A DNA stretch of 63,470 nt, filler included, from Octopus bimaculoides (lineage: Eukaryota): assembly GCF_001194135.2 (NCBI RefSeq). It is 8 parts of 7 records of this genome, joined end to end, with 100 filler letters (N's around TTAATTAATTAA, not from the genome) between each part and the next. Parts side by side here need not be neighbours in the genome. Positions count along the whole stretch, not along the records: positions 8,017 to 37,311 come from NC_068982.1; positions 37,412 to 39,698 come from NC_069010.1; positions 39,799 to 47,581 come from NC_068990.1; 5 more parts are not named here. One strand, written 5' to 3'. A model generated the notes under the pieces. That model made no database searches. It saw nothing but the letters and a program-made list of their open reading frames with translations, and was not told the origin of the DNA. Numbering within the stretch: the first letter of the stretch is position 1; every line of letters starts with the position of its first letter. Made by a program: the position numbers and the translations under genes. This document shows, one piece after another, positions 27,136-40,084 of the stretch.

Positions 27136-27520
27136 GTGGAGGCGCAATGGCCCAGTGGTTAGGGCAGCGGACTCGTGGTCATGGGATCGCGGTTTCGATT
27201 CCCAGACCGGGCGTTGTGAGTGTTTACTGAGCGAAAACACCTAAAACTCCACGAGGCTCTGGCAGGGGATGGTGGCGAATCCTGCTGTACTCTTTCACCA
27301 CAACTTTCTCTCACTCTTACTTCCTGTTTCTGTTGTGCCTGTAATTGAAAGGGTCAGCCTTGTCACACTGTGCCATGCTGAATATCCCCGAGAACTACGT
27401 TAAGGGTACACGTGTCTGTAGAGTGCTCAGCCACTTGCACGTTAATTTCACGAGCAGGCTGTTCCGTTGATCGGATCAACTGGAACTCTCGACGTCGTAG
27501 GCAACGGAGTGCCAACAAAA
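27136..27520 (+). mobile_element. tRNA-derived SINE family C, tail type 1, full length with TSD
   Basis: Head GTGGAGGCGCAATGGCCCAGTGGTTAGGGCAGCGGAC...GGTTTCGATTCCC. 11-bp TSD ACACCAAGTTA at 27125-27135 and 27521-27531. Near-identical copies at 9686-9981 and 19594-19988. Confidence 0.9.
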
Positions 27521-28212
27521 ACACCAAGTTAGATAGTTTAATGATGTCTGTATAGCTCTTTGGCCACTTTGAGTATATCCTTTATTCTCATACATGAACA
27601 GTGGTCTTGACTTCATCTTCTGACTGGGCAGATTGTGTCAGAATGAGAAAATCTGATAAGCTCACAATCAACTCCTCACTTTCAAAGAGAAAATTACTTG
27701 TGACTGTCATGAATATTTTTATTTTTTCAATCTAGTAATATTGTATATTACAGTAACATGTCTCTGAGATGATATGACAGAAAGTGTTGATTATGTAATT
27801 TGCATTATGTAACCACTAATCATCTATGTTAATGAAACATACTCACATACACTGCATGGATTATCTCTGGCTCAAAGTAAAGAAACCAACTATCATCCTT
27901 GGTTAGGTAAGCATCTGTGTTGATTTTCAAGAGAAGTTGCTACTAATTACTTTTGATGTCTTCTTTGAAAAGTCAGATGGTAGTTTACCTGAAAAGAAAC
28001 AATGCAGTTATCAATAAGAAGGGATGAAATTAATGCATGCAAGATTTCACAGCTCTAGCATCACTCCTTCATAGTCAGCCTATAAACTTTTCGGCGCACC
28101 CTCATGTATATATATATAGATATATATATATATATATATACATTCATATATACCCAAATATACATACATTTCTATTTGGGTATGTTCGTGCATGTTTGTG
28201 TTTGTGTGTGTT

Positions 28213-28243
<31 letters not shown>

Positions 28244-28593
28244 GTGTTTATGTGTGTGTGTGTGTGGGGGGGCATACTGCGGTTATAGTTTTGCAGTTTG
28301 TTAACAATACTTTAGATATTAGTTAAAGTACAGAAAAGCATCCTTTAGACTAAGAACATGTAATTTTTCAATGGTTAAAATTTATCCAACACTTCGTAAG
28401 CTGCAAAATGATAAACTATATCAAGAAATTAGCTGTCATATTTTACAATTTCTTTAAGTGAGGAATTATGTAACCTGAGATTGCTGTAACAAGGGTTAAT
28501 GCCTGAATATTTAGATATATATGAATATAGATATGTGTGTATGTGTTTGTGTGTGTGTGTAAATGTATGTATGCATATATGTATATATATGTA

Positions 28594-28634
<41 letters not shown>

Positions 28635-31247
28635 ACATATGTATGTATAAACACATGCACACACACACACATACATATATATCTATGCATTTATGTATGT
28701 CTGTGTATTTAGAAAGAACATTGATAGTAATACTTACATGTGGACTCCACACAGCTGTTGGTATCTAGATAACAGTGATTTCAATGAAGAAGCATTGTTT
28801 CTCAGTTAATATCCTGTCTTTTCTTCTCTAGCAAGATTCTTAAAAATATAAATGAAAAAGATATGTTTGAAACATACTTAACATACAATTACAACAGTTA
28901 AAACACACACACACACACACACACACACTCTTTGCTTCCCTTTGTGTGTCTCTCTCACAATGAACGCATTCACACAAGCATATATGTTCAAACATTTATT
29001 GATGTATACACTGCTTCTATTTTTCCTTCTATTTACTTGTGTTTGAATGAAACCCAAATGTAGTGATTATATTGCCAACTTCAAAACTGATGTTTTGAAA
29101 TAATAGAAGAACTACCTAATACTAATTTTCTTCTGATATCTCCAGATAATGCTGAAAAATGTTCAATCACGATTAATTAACAAAATATTGTGCTTCTTTA
29201 TTTTCAATATTTATTATGTTTGTAATTTCTACATTCCTTAGATTTTTATAAATATTTAATTAGCATATACTGTTGAAATTCTTATTACATTTTGAAAAAT
29301 TGCATATATATATATACACATACACATGTATACTATCTATAGTCTTAAGAACTGTAGAGCTGTTGCATATTCATGACTAATTTTAATTAATTAACCTTGA
29401 GGCTGATAAACTTGCTTCACAAACACTTTCCATTTTTTAGCTGATGCTGTTATTTCTGCTCTGCTACTGCTGCTGTTAAGTAATTTTGGTCAGCTTTACT
29501 TGATTCAGTAAGAGAGCCTCTACAGAGTGAACTGACTTGCTAGAGTTAGTAGTAATATCTCCTTAAAACCATACAGTACCATCTTAGAAAAGAAGGACAC
29601 CTGACTTCACTGTGTCTAAAAAAGATGGGAAGGACACAGATGAAATGACTTTTAATGTGTCTCCTGAATATAGGTTTTGACAACAACAGGATTAATGCAG
29701 TTTCCTATTTTAATGATAAATTTGATGGCTGTCAATGTTCTTGAAATTAAATAGAGTTAACTATTGTCACCTCAAAGGATATTATTTGTCAATATTTTAT
29801 ATTTATTTTATGATTCCACTGCTCATTGTTATTAGTGTTTATATTATTTATGGCAATTAGATGGTGAGCAGGCAGAATGGGTATCACTGTAAACAACACG
29901 CCTTGTGGCATTTTGTCTATCTTTACATTGTAAGCTCAAGTTCCACCGAGGTTGACTTTTCCTTTCATCCTCTTGTGGTCTATAAAATAAGTACCAGTTG
30001 AACACTAGTGTCAATGTAATTGACTAACAACCTCCCTGAAATTGCTGGCCTTGTGCCAAAATTTGAAATCAATATTACTTTGGATAATGTGAAAGCAAAA
30101 AGATTGACACTTCTCTTCTATTGGGAACATGCAGACTTGTGTAATTCCCAGCAAACCTATCTACTCTACAATCTTCATTTCATCTTGATACATCTTACAG
30201 TGGACAAGTAATAATTCTTTCTACTCTAATCACAGGGCCTGGAATTTTAGTGGAGGAGGCTAGTTAATTACATCAACTCCAGTGTTCAACTTGTACTTAT
30301 TTTACTAACCCTGAAAGGATGAAAGGCAAGGTTGACCTCGTTGGAATTTGAACTCAGGACATAAAGTTGAAAGAAATGTCTTTCAGCCTTTTGTTTTGGC
30401 ATGCTAAAAATTCTGCTAGCTTGTCACCTTTGATGGGTAATAATAAACCCAATTTTGGTGGATCTCGCATCATTTAACTCTTCAGCATTTAAACTGGCCA
30501 TATCTGACACAAGTATCTGATGTATTTTGTGCTAAAACTGGCTAGGTCTGGCCTTTCACACTTCGCATACAATGCCATTCTAAAAATAAACACTCACATC
30601 ATTTAAATACCAAAACTATGAGATAATGCGGAATTAATTCACAACAGCATGAATAAGTAAGTGTCACATACGACTGAATAATCTGAATGCTAAAGGGTCA
30701 AATCAGTTCAAAGCCTCCAACAACGTTCTCAGTCCAGTTTTGGTCCTGTTTTTCAGAAGCTGGATAATTTCAGTGTCCAGTGGAGTCTGCTTAGTGGTCG
30801 GAGTAAATAACAACCTGTTCAAGCTGTTTAGAACCATTTTCTTTGTCTGTAAAGGTTGCCCTGTCTCATTGCTCACATACATTTTAACTCTATAGCCATT
30901 GTTGTAGAAGCTGAAGATATTAAGAGTATCCTTCTTCAACTGGACAGGTCATGTTGGTATATGTGGACGACATTACTCTTACAGTATCAAACAAATACTT
31001 TAAAAATTGAGCTGGTCAGAATTGTACTAAAAAATACGAGGTGGTAACAGAATCATGCATCAGCTGAGATATGTTAGTGAGATTGCAGTTTGGCTCTTTG
31101 AGAGAGGTAAGTCCAAACAACTAGCTTGCTTTATGGGTAGATGAACTTAAGATCTCTTGAAGCTGCTTTAGCCAGACCTGTAGATGAGTAGAAATTGAGA
31201 TGGGGCTATGAGCAGACTGAACTATTCTAAAAGTTGGAGTGAGGTAA

Positions 31248-31294
<47 letters not shown>

Positions 31295-32505
31295 CTTCTG
31301 ATATTTATAACTAGGAGCCGTTTATGTGGTTCTTTTCTTTTTTTTTTTCTTTTATTTGTTTCAGTCATNNNNNNNNNNNNNNNNNNNNNNNNNNNNNNNN
31401 NNNNNNNNNNNNNNNNNNNNNNNNNNNNNNNNNNNNNNNNNNNNNNNNNNNNNNNNNNNNNNNNNNNNNNNNNNNNNNNNNNNNNNNNNNNNNNNNNNNN
31501 NNNNNNNNNNNNNNNNNNNNNNNNNNNNNNNNNNNNNNNNNNNNNNNNNNNNNNNNNNNNNNNNNNNNNNNNNNNNNNNNNNNNNNNNNNNNNNNNNNNN
31601 NNNNNNNNNNNNNNNNNNNNNNNNNNNNNNNNNNNNNNNNNNNNNNNNNNNNNNNNNNNNNNNNNNNNNNNNNNNNNNNNNNNNNNNNNNNNNNNNNNNN
31701 NNNNNNNNNNNNNNNNNNNNNNNNNNNNNNNNNNNNNNNNNNNNNNNNNNNNNNNNNNNNNNNNNNNNNNNNNNNNNNNNNNNNNNNNNNNNNNNNNNNN
31801 NNNNNNNNNNNNNNNNNNNNNNNNNNNNNNNNNNNNNNNNNNNNNNNNNNNNNNNNNNNNNNNNNNNNNNNNNNNNNNNNNNNNNNNNNNNNNNNNNNNN
31901 NNNNNNNNNNNNNNNNNNNNNNNNNNNNNNNNNNNNNNNNNNNNNNNNNNNNNNNNNNNNNNNNNNNNNNNNNNNNNNNNNNNNNNNNNNNNNNNNNNNN
32001 NNNNNNNNNNNNNNNNNNNNNNNNNNNNNNNNNNNNNNNNNNNNNNNNNNNNNNNNNNNNNNNNNNNNNNNNNNNNNNNNNNNNNATATATATATATATA
32101 TATGATGGACGTCTTCACAAGGCTTTGGTTGGCCCATGGTTATAGTAGAAAACACTTGCCAAAGGTGCCATGCAGTGGAACTGAACCCGGAACCATGTGG
32201 TTGGTAAGCAAGCTACTTACCACATAGCCACTCTTGTGCCTATGGTGGCTCAATTTTTTAAATGTAGCTGTCAAATCTCTCTCTAATTACACTCTACCAT
32301 TTTAAATAAGTAAAAAACACATTGGGTAAATTAATCTAACTTTTACTAGAATGCTAGGATGGCCTGATGTGCAGCACAGCATGTCAGGCCATCCTTAGTT
32401 CAGTAACATATCAGTTTTTTTTAATGAAAAGCGGTTGTTGCACCATCACTCAACCTATATATATATATTAGCGACAGTGGTAGTATTAATACTGAGAGGT
32501 AATAC

Positions 32506-32697
32506 TTATCCCCACTTAAATGTGAATGTTCTGTTAGAACAAACTATAGTTCTAACAGAAACCATGAGAGAAACTCTCATATTGGCTGCACTCTTGTAAA
32601 GGGTATTTTGCACCAAAGTTAATATGAAAGTTTCTCTCGTGGTATCTGCCGCAGTATAGTTTGTTCTAACAGAACATTCATGTTTAAGTGGGGATAA
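32506..32697. mobile_element. Foldback/palindromic MITE-like element (about 77-bp arms, about 36-bp spacer)
   Basis: The left arm TTATCCCCACTTAAATGTGAATGTTCTGTTAGAACAAACTATA...GAGAGAAACTCTCATATT is the reverse complement, with few mismatches, of 32620-32697. Confidence 0.85.
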
Positions 32698-33261
32698 ATA
32701 TTATCACTCCACCTATCTTCATTTCTGGGAGAAGGGATACTGTGACTGGTCTATCACTACTTTTCTCATAGTGTACGATAGACATTTTCAAAGAGAAAGA
32801 AAGTGAGAGAAATGAAGAGAAAGAAAGAAGTACAGGGGAGGGAGAGAGAGGGGGGGGGGAGAGAAACAGAGAGAAAGTGGAAGGGAGAGAGAATGAAACT
32901 CAGTGAAGGAATATTTTATCTATTGATTCGAGAAGGATGAAAGGCAAAGTTGACCTTCCTAGGATTTGCATTCAGAGCTCAGAGAGTGATAACAAGTATC
33001 ACAAAGCATTCTATCTGATGCTGTTATGATTCTGCCACATCATCCCCTGTAGTCCTAGATACACTTGTCTGAATTGTATGAAAAAAAAAAAAAAGAAAAC
33101 TAAAGAGTAGATGCAAGGTAATTACTGAAACACCTTTGATAACTGGTTTGCTTGATTAGGGATCAGGGTTGATATGGGACTAAGGAGCAACAAAATTAAG
33201 ACCTGACTATTAGGTTTTGCCATAATTTTCACCTGCCTACACATGCATACGCACACACGCA

Positions 33262-33293
<32 letters not shown>

Positions 33294-33348
33294 GACTCTC
33301 AAACGTACTCACACATGTACACACGCACACATACTTGCATGCACACAT

Positions 33349-33391
<43 letters not shown>

Positions 33392-33482
33392 TGTATATGT
33401 GTCTTTTATAAATAAAGAGATGGGGATAGATAGATAGGTAGATATACAGACAGACAGACAGATAGATAGTTAGAGATAGATG

Positions 33483-33546
<64 letters not shown>

Positions 33547-33900
33547 TTGCAGTTGGGAAGTTTTAAACATTAAAATATTAAAAAAACAATAAAACATTGA
33601 CTGAGAAAGAACTCATTACACGTTAGTGTTAGAGATTTATTTTATAAATGTTGACAGTTGTTTGAAATGGTCTCTTAAACTGTCAGAAAATCTGTTTCTG
33701 GTGAAACATTGGAGCCACTGTCACCTTTTTAAAAAATAAATATGTCTGCATATATCTCTCTCACTCTCTGTTTCACTGTCTGTTGCTCTCTCTTTCTCTC
33801 TCTCTGTGTCTGTCTGTCTCTTTCTGTCTGTCTGTCTCTCTCTCTATTTCTCCAACCATTCATCCTTCCATACCTCAAGATACATACGAATAAGTATATC

Positions 33901-33935
<35 letters not shown>

Positions 33936-34524
33936 TTAATGTCAATTTTCAATACTGGTATGGGTTCAATGATTTCATATGAGCTGGCTTGTCACAAGAC
34001 TATGCGAAGCTCCTCTGTCTGCTATGGCTGGACACTTTCCCTAATGCCTACCACTTTACAGAGGGTACTGAATGCTTTTTATGTGACACCAGCACTGATG
34101 AGGTCATCAAGTAACATGCAAGACAAAGACCCCCTCAATTAAGGGAGGAGTAGTATTGAGAGAAGTGGTTTTGTGATGAGAGGTTAAAGAGTGATAGAGG
34201 GGCAGAAACAGGTGTCTTGCAGTAGGAGAGATATATGGTTGCCCCAGTCAGAGGATTGAAACAGCTGTAAAGGATGATGATTAATTTGCTGATAATAATA
34301 AACAATGATTAACTTCCCAATCTCCATTTTCTTTTCCTTCTTTTACATGAATAAAAACTATATGTTTATATATATATACCTATTATTTTAAGGAAATTAA
34401 TTCCCCCAAAATACTAGTTATTGAACCAGTATTTCCTCGGATGGAACCATCCCTTCATGAGTTTAACACAACCTCTAATTGAAGTACATACATACATACA
34501 TACATACATACATACATACATACA

Positions 34525-34560
<36 letters not shown>

Positions 34561-34924
34561 TATATATGTGCTGTCAGTAATTACTCAGGGTAGGTAGTTG
34601 GTGACCATTATGTAGTAAAACATACAAAAAATAAGTGAAACACAGGCATGTGACTAAGTGAAGGCAGATCTGTTTTTGCCTTTATAGCATGTAAAGAAAA
34701 TGGTGTTGTAGGAGTGTACACAGCACGTGTACAACAACAGTATGTAGCTTAAATACTGAGATTGAAAAGCAGGGGTGAATTATGCCTACTTAATCTACAA
34801 AATAACATTTTATGCATAGTAATCAAAGTAACCTTCATAATTTTATTGAATTAGGTACATATTTTGCCATAAAAGGAAAATGTTGCTATTGATCTATTTT
34901 AGGCTGCACACCCTTGATATATAC

Positions 34925-34973
<49 letters not shown>

Positions 34974-35660
34974 GATATATGTATATTACATATGCATGCA
35001 TATACATAATATGTACACACACAATAAAATGTGTGTATGTATATGTATGTATATATGTATACAAACACATATACACATATATGTATGTATATGTATATAT
35101 TATTGTTGACTTGTCTTCAGAGTTAATTCTGTTATAAATTTTTATTATCTTGTTCACACTAGTGACTATATTCCTTTTGAATTCTAAATATATATCCTTT
35201 TCCTGGAGGGAGGTAAAGATACACAAAATGGTACAATGTAGACTGTGAATGGAGAAGAGGTGAAAGAGGGTATAAAAGTGAAGAAATCTGCTTCACAATC
35301 ACAAGACCTTGAGTTTAATTCCACTGTGTAGTATTCTTGACAAATGTCATTTTCTATAGCCTTTGGTAGACTCATACCTTGTGAGCGTAATTGGGTAGAT
35401 GGAAACTGTACAGAATCATCATTAGATGGATTGTATCTGTGATTCATAGGTATAGGCTTGACATATGCTGTCACACTGTTTCTGTTTGAGATTTATGTTA
35501 GGGGTACACGTTTGTGGAATGCTCAGTTGATTGTACAATTGAATCCATATCGTCTAAACCAGTGTGTGTATATGTGTCAATGCATGTATGTATATATGTA
35601 TGTATATATGTATGTATATATGTATATATGTATGTACACATACAAACGTATATATATATA

Positions 35661-36915
35661 TATCTTGGGACATCCTGTAAATAATGTGTTTATTTTTATA
35701 CTTCTTTTATTTTTCAAAATTAAGATAAACAAAGTTCTTTTTTAATCTAAAATATACTCCCCTTCATTTTCTACAATGCTCTTCCATCTATCTGGTAGAC
35801 ATGTATGGCCACTCTTTCAAAATTCACTTGTCCGTAACAAAAAATACTCCTCCAGTACTTTTCTGACCCTGTCTAAAGAATTCATATTTTTTCCGTCCAG
35901 ATGATTTTGAAGACTGCAGAATAAATGATAACCAAATGAGACAATGTCCAGTGAATATGGTGGGTGGGGAATCATTTCCCATTCAAACTGCTCCAGCCTT
36001 TGGAATGTTTTCCTTGCTGTATGTGGTCGAGCATTATCCTGATGGAAGAGCACCTTTCGTCTTGAAACCAAAGATGGTCATTTTTCTTCTACCACTGATT
36101 TAAGCAACTCAAGCTGCTCACAGTAGATCTCCTTTGTTATCGTTTGGTTTGGGTTTAAAAGTTCAAAGTGGACTAAACCTTTCATATATCCCACCAAACA
36201 GATAACAGCACCTTACATGGGTGAAGACCTTCTTTAGCCTGGGGTACTGGTGTTTCTCCTTTCTCTACCCACTGTTTTGGGCATTTGATATTTTTATAGA
36301 GAACCCATTTCTCATCACCAGTCACTATTCTGTTTAAGAAAGGTTTAATTCGTGAGAAGTGACAGCAAACAAGAGCACACATGCACCTTCTGTGCATGAT
36401 TAGACATGGAAAGTTTGTGAGGAATCCATTGACCCAATTTGTTGACTTTTCCAATGGCACACAAGTGTCTATGAATAGTTGAATGACCAAATCCAAACTT
36501 CTCTGCTAGTTCCTCAACAGTTATGATGGGGTTTTGTTCCACCAGGGTTTGCAGGACATCCTCATCGAGCTCTACAGATCTTCCAGGATGAGACTCGTCT
36601 TCTAGGGTGTAGTTTCTGGCCCGGAATTTCTGGAACGACCATTGACGCTGGCTTATGTTTATTGTCCAATCTCCATATACTGCATTAATATTCCACTCAC
36701 TTTCCATTTTGTTGTTGGCTTTATTGAACTCATAGAGCAAAATATGCTGAATATGCTCCTTTGTCATTTTCATTATAGCTTTGAAAGAATAACTGTTAAA
36801 ATTGAACTGTACACTCTTCAAAACTTGCACTAAGAATAAGAACAAGGTAAAATTACTACCTGCTTTTATAGCAAGTTGATGCAGGTAGTTAATCCCATCC
36901 CCCTCCGACTTTTAG
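35661..36915 (-). mobile_element. Mariner transposon relic (DD34D family), frameshifted transposase
   Basis: ORF pieces MTKEHIQHILLYEF..LEDESHPGRS..LGQWIPHKL, IVTGDEKWVLY, KVLLSVWWD, LFHQDNARPHTA and HPPYSLDIVSFGYHLF (third Asp lost). An orphan copy of the same end sits at 55758-55910. Confidence 0.92.
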
Positions 36916-36959
36916 TTCATGCAACACACACACACACATATATATATATATATTATATA

Positions 36960-37311
36960 TAAAAATAAAGAGAATGAATGGGAGAAAGAGAGCCTGCCGT
37001 ATGTCGACCCAATAGAGGGACCAGCTATCCGAGTTGATAGTACCAGAGTAGATAAAGCAATTAAGAGTATGAAGACCGGGAAAGCCCCCGGCCCATCAGG
37101 AATCACTGCAGAGATGCTCAAAATATCTGGCAGTGTTGGCTATAGCCTAGTCACCCGTATTACGAACCAGGTGATACACGAAGGAGTCATACCCAATGAC
37201 TGGTGTAGCAGCATCATAGTCAACTGCTACAAAGGTAAAGGTGACGCTTTAGATACAAATAATTACAGAGGCATCAAGCTGTTAGATCAGGTTATGAAAG
37301 TTACAGAGAGG
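36960..37311 (+). mobile_element. RTE-clade LINE RT N-terminal fragment (cut by gap)
   Basis: VDKAIKSMKTGKAPGPSGITAEMLK..IPNDWCSSIIVNCYKGKGDALDTNNYRGIKLLDQVMKVTER is an intact-looking RT domain 0/1. Confidence 0.92.
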
Positions 37312-38420
37312 NNNNNNNNNNNNNNNNNNNNNNNNNNNNNNNNNNNNNNNNNNNNTTAATTAATTAANNNNNNNNNNNNNNNNNNNNNNNNNNNNNNNNN
37401 NNNNNNNNNNNTATATATATATATAGGCAATCTTACACTGGTATCATAAGATCGCCTATATATATATATATATATGTAGATGTAAAATATGTGTGTATAC
37501 AGGTATACTTGTAAAAATAGATATGTATTTGTAGATATATGTTGTGTGTGTATGGCGACATATGTCTATATATGTGTATATATGTACACATGAATCTATA
37601 TGTATATCTAGTTCATATGCGTGTGTGTGTGTATATATATATATAGGTATACATGTAAAAATAGATATGTATGTATATATGTATGTATGGCTGCATACGT
37701 CTATGTCTATATATACACGTATCTAAATCTAGTGTATGTATATATATATATATATATATACACACGAACTAACAAGAGGTAATCTGGTGAAATGAACTGT
37801 TAGAAATAGCAGTCAAATCTCTCTCAGATGTTACATTACCAACGAAAACCACCACCAAAGAGGAAGTCTTTCACTCTTATTGTTATCGATCACTTTGTGT
37901 TCTAATATTACCCTTGCTCTGATGCTTTTTGAGAAATGGGGTTATTGGCCCTCATGTTCAGAAAATGGCTTAATGCATGGACCAAAACAGTGATTGATTA
38001 CAAATTGCATTCCTCAAAATTTGTTATAGTTAGAAATTCAGCGAAACTCTGTTTTAAGCACCCCCATATAATCTCCTGTTATAACTTTCTATCTTTTGGA
38101 ATTTTAATAAAATCTTTGCGAATTTGTGTTCTACACAAGGGAATTCGTAAAAAAAAATTCATTAAAAAAAAAATGCAAAAAAAAAAAATTTGAACCCCTC
38201 CATTATAAATCCAAAGATTTCCACTTATTTTCGAAATCTCTTTTAAAAAATCAGAGTTTTAAATACCCTTTGAGCTCGTCATTAAATGTTTCTGAGAAGA
38301 AATTATTTAAAAACGTCAATAGATGCCAGTGACAAAGAAACGATGGAAGGTATCAGGTGGTCGTGGGATGTGCTAAAAATACCAGCTAAATCTCTCGTCA
38401 ATCACACACGAAATTTTTTT

Positions 38421-38611
38421 GGTAATTTTTTCAGATTAACACCCGCATGATCTTCACTAGGGTTTTAGGGTTACGGTTAGGGACGGAATTCCCTAACCCA
38501 AACCCTAAAACCCTAACCCTAACCATAAAACTAGCCCTAAAACCCTAATCCTGACCCTAAAACCCTAACACCTTAGTGAAGATCGTGTGGGCGTTAATCT
38601 GAAAAATGACC
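38421..38611. mobile_element. MITE with about 40-bp TIRs enclosing TTAGGG/CCCTAA repeats
   Basis: Left TIR GGTAATTTTTTCAGATTAACACCCGCATGATCTTCACTAGGGT; right TIR ACCTTAGTGAAGATCGTGTGGGCGTTAATCTGAAAAATGACC. The interior has 2 perfect TTAGGG followed by 8 perfect CCCTAA. Confidence 0.85.
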
Positions 38612-39798
38612 CTTTTTTTTTTTGCATAATTGAAATGTAAGCGTGTGGCTTAGTAGTTTGGGCATTCAGCTCATGATTGTATGGCAATGAGTTCAATTCC
38701 CAGCGACGCGTTGTGTCCTTGAGCAAGTCACTTGATTTCACATTGCTCCACTCCGCTCAGCTGGCAAAAATGAGTAGCACCTGTATTTCAAAGGGCCCAA
38801 CCTTGCATCATGCTTCACTCTCACTGAGAACTACGTGAAGAGTACGCGTGTCTGTGAAGTGTTCAGCCTGCACGTTAATTTCACGAGCAGCCTGTTCTGT
38901 TGATCGGATCAACAGGAACCCTCGCTACTGTAACAGATGCTATGCCAGTTGTTCGTTTAAAAAAAGAAAAAAGCATAATTGTATGAATTCCTGTGTGTAG
39001 AACATAAACTTGCAAAATTTGCCCAAGATAAAAAAAAAAAAAAAATGTTACGAGAGATTATATGGGTTGCTTAAATCATAATTCTGCCAAAAATCCTGTT
39101 AATTCTCTCAGCAGGGATGCTGTAAAGTGGGTTACCTCCTGTTACAGGATTGCTCGACCTGCTAGAAATAACAGCCAAATATCCTTCCTTTTACACTGCT
39201 ATCTTAGATATGGATGACACATTCGAATAATGTCTTCCTGCATATTCTACAAGATAGTCGCAGCTGGAATACTTTTGTTTATAGGTTGCCTTGATTCATA
39301 CCTGACTTGTGTGTAATAATGATTTAGCTAGTGAAAGCCTCGACAGAAATAGCAGTCAAACCTTTCTTAACTCATACTACACCATGTCAAAAGAAAGAAA
39401 AATTGTATAATTTAGTTTACAGGCGGAGGTAAAGAATGTGTGCACCACCCATTTTCGGCATGTGGCTACATGGTTTCGGGTTCAGTCCCACCGCGTGGCA
39501 CCTTGGGCAAGTGTCTTCTGCTATAGCCCCGAGCCGACCGAAGCTTTGTGATTGAATTTGGTAGGCGGAAGTTACTGCCGTGTGTGTATATGTCTGTGTA
39601 TGTGCTTGTGCCTCTCTCCCTAAGAGAGAGAGAGAGAGAGGGGAAACACTGGGGGGTGGGGGTGCATATTCTTCGCCTAGTTTATATATATATATATCNN
39701 NNNNNNNNNNNNNNNNNNNNNNNNNNNNNNNNNNNNNNNNNNTTAATTAATTAANNNNNNNNNNNNNNNNNNNNNNNNNNNNNNNNNNNNNNNNNNNN

Positions 39799-40080
39799 AA
39801 CAATTCCTATCATAGTAGGTGCCTTAGGTATAATAAAAAAATATTCAGACAAATACATAACAAAAACACCAGGACTTACAAATATATATAACATACAGAA
39901 AATTGCACTACTGGGTACTGCACACATTCTACGCAAAACACTTTCAATACAGTAAACATAAGAGCACCACAGCAAACCACAGCACATACCCAAGGCGCAC
40001 AGAGCTGCGCTCGGTAGTGAAGTGAAAGCACGTTATAAAAATAAAACTACTGAATAATAATAATAATAATAATAAATAAT
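39799..40080 (+). mobile_element. R4/Dong-like RLE LINE 3' end, UTR and (TAA)n tail
   Basis: TIPIIVGALGIIKKYSDKYITKTPGLTNIYNIQKIALLGTAHILRKTLSIQ*, then a UTR and (TAA)n at about 40053-40082. Confidence 0.88.
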
Positions 40081-40084
40081 AATG

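Noticed and set aside
27136-27215. tRNA genes at SINE heads
   Set aside because: A/B boxes are present but there is no complete cloverleaf, and each continues into a SINE body with TSDs.
30703-30939. Minus-strand ORF with PLDTEIIQLLKNRTKTGLRTLLE, faintly like the end of the LIMK PDZ domain
   Set aside because: It lacks the GDRILEING-type motif, has no usable splice donor before the stop, and the similarity is at chance level.
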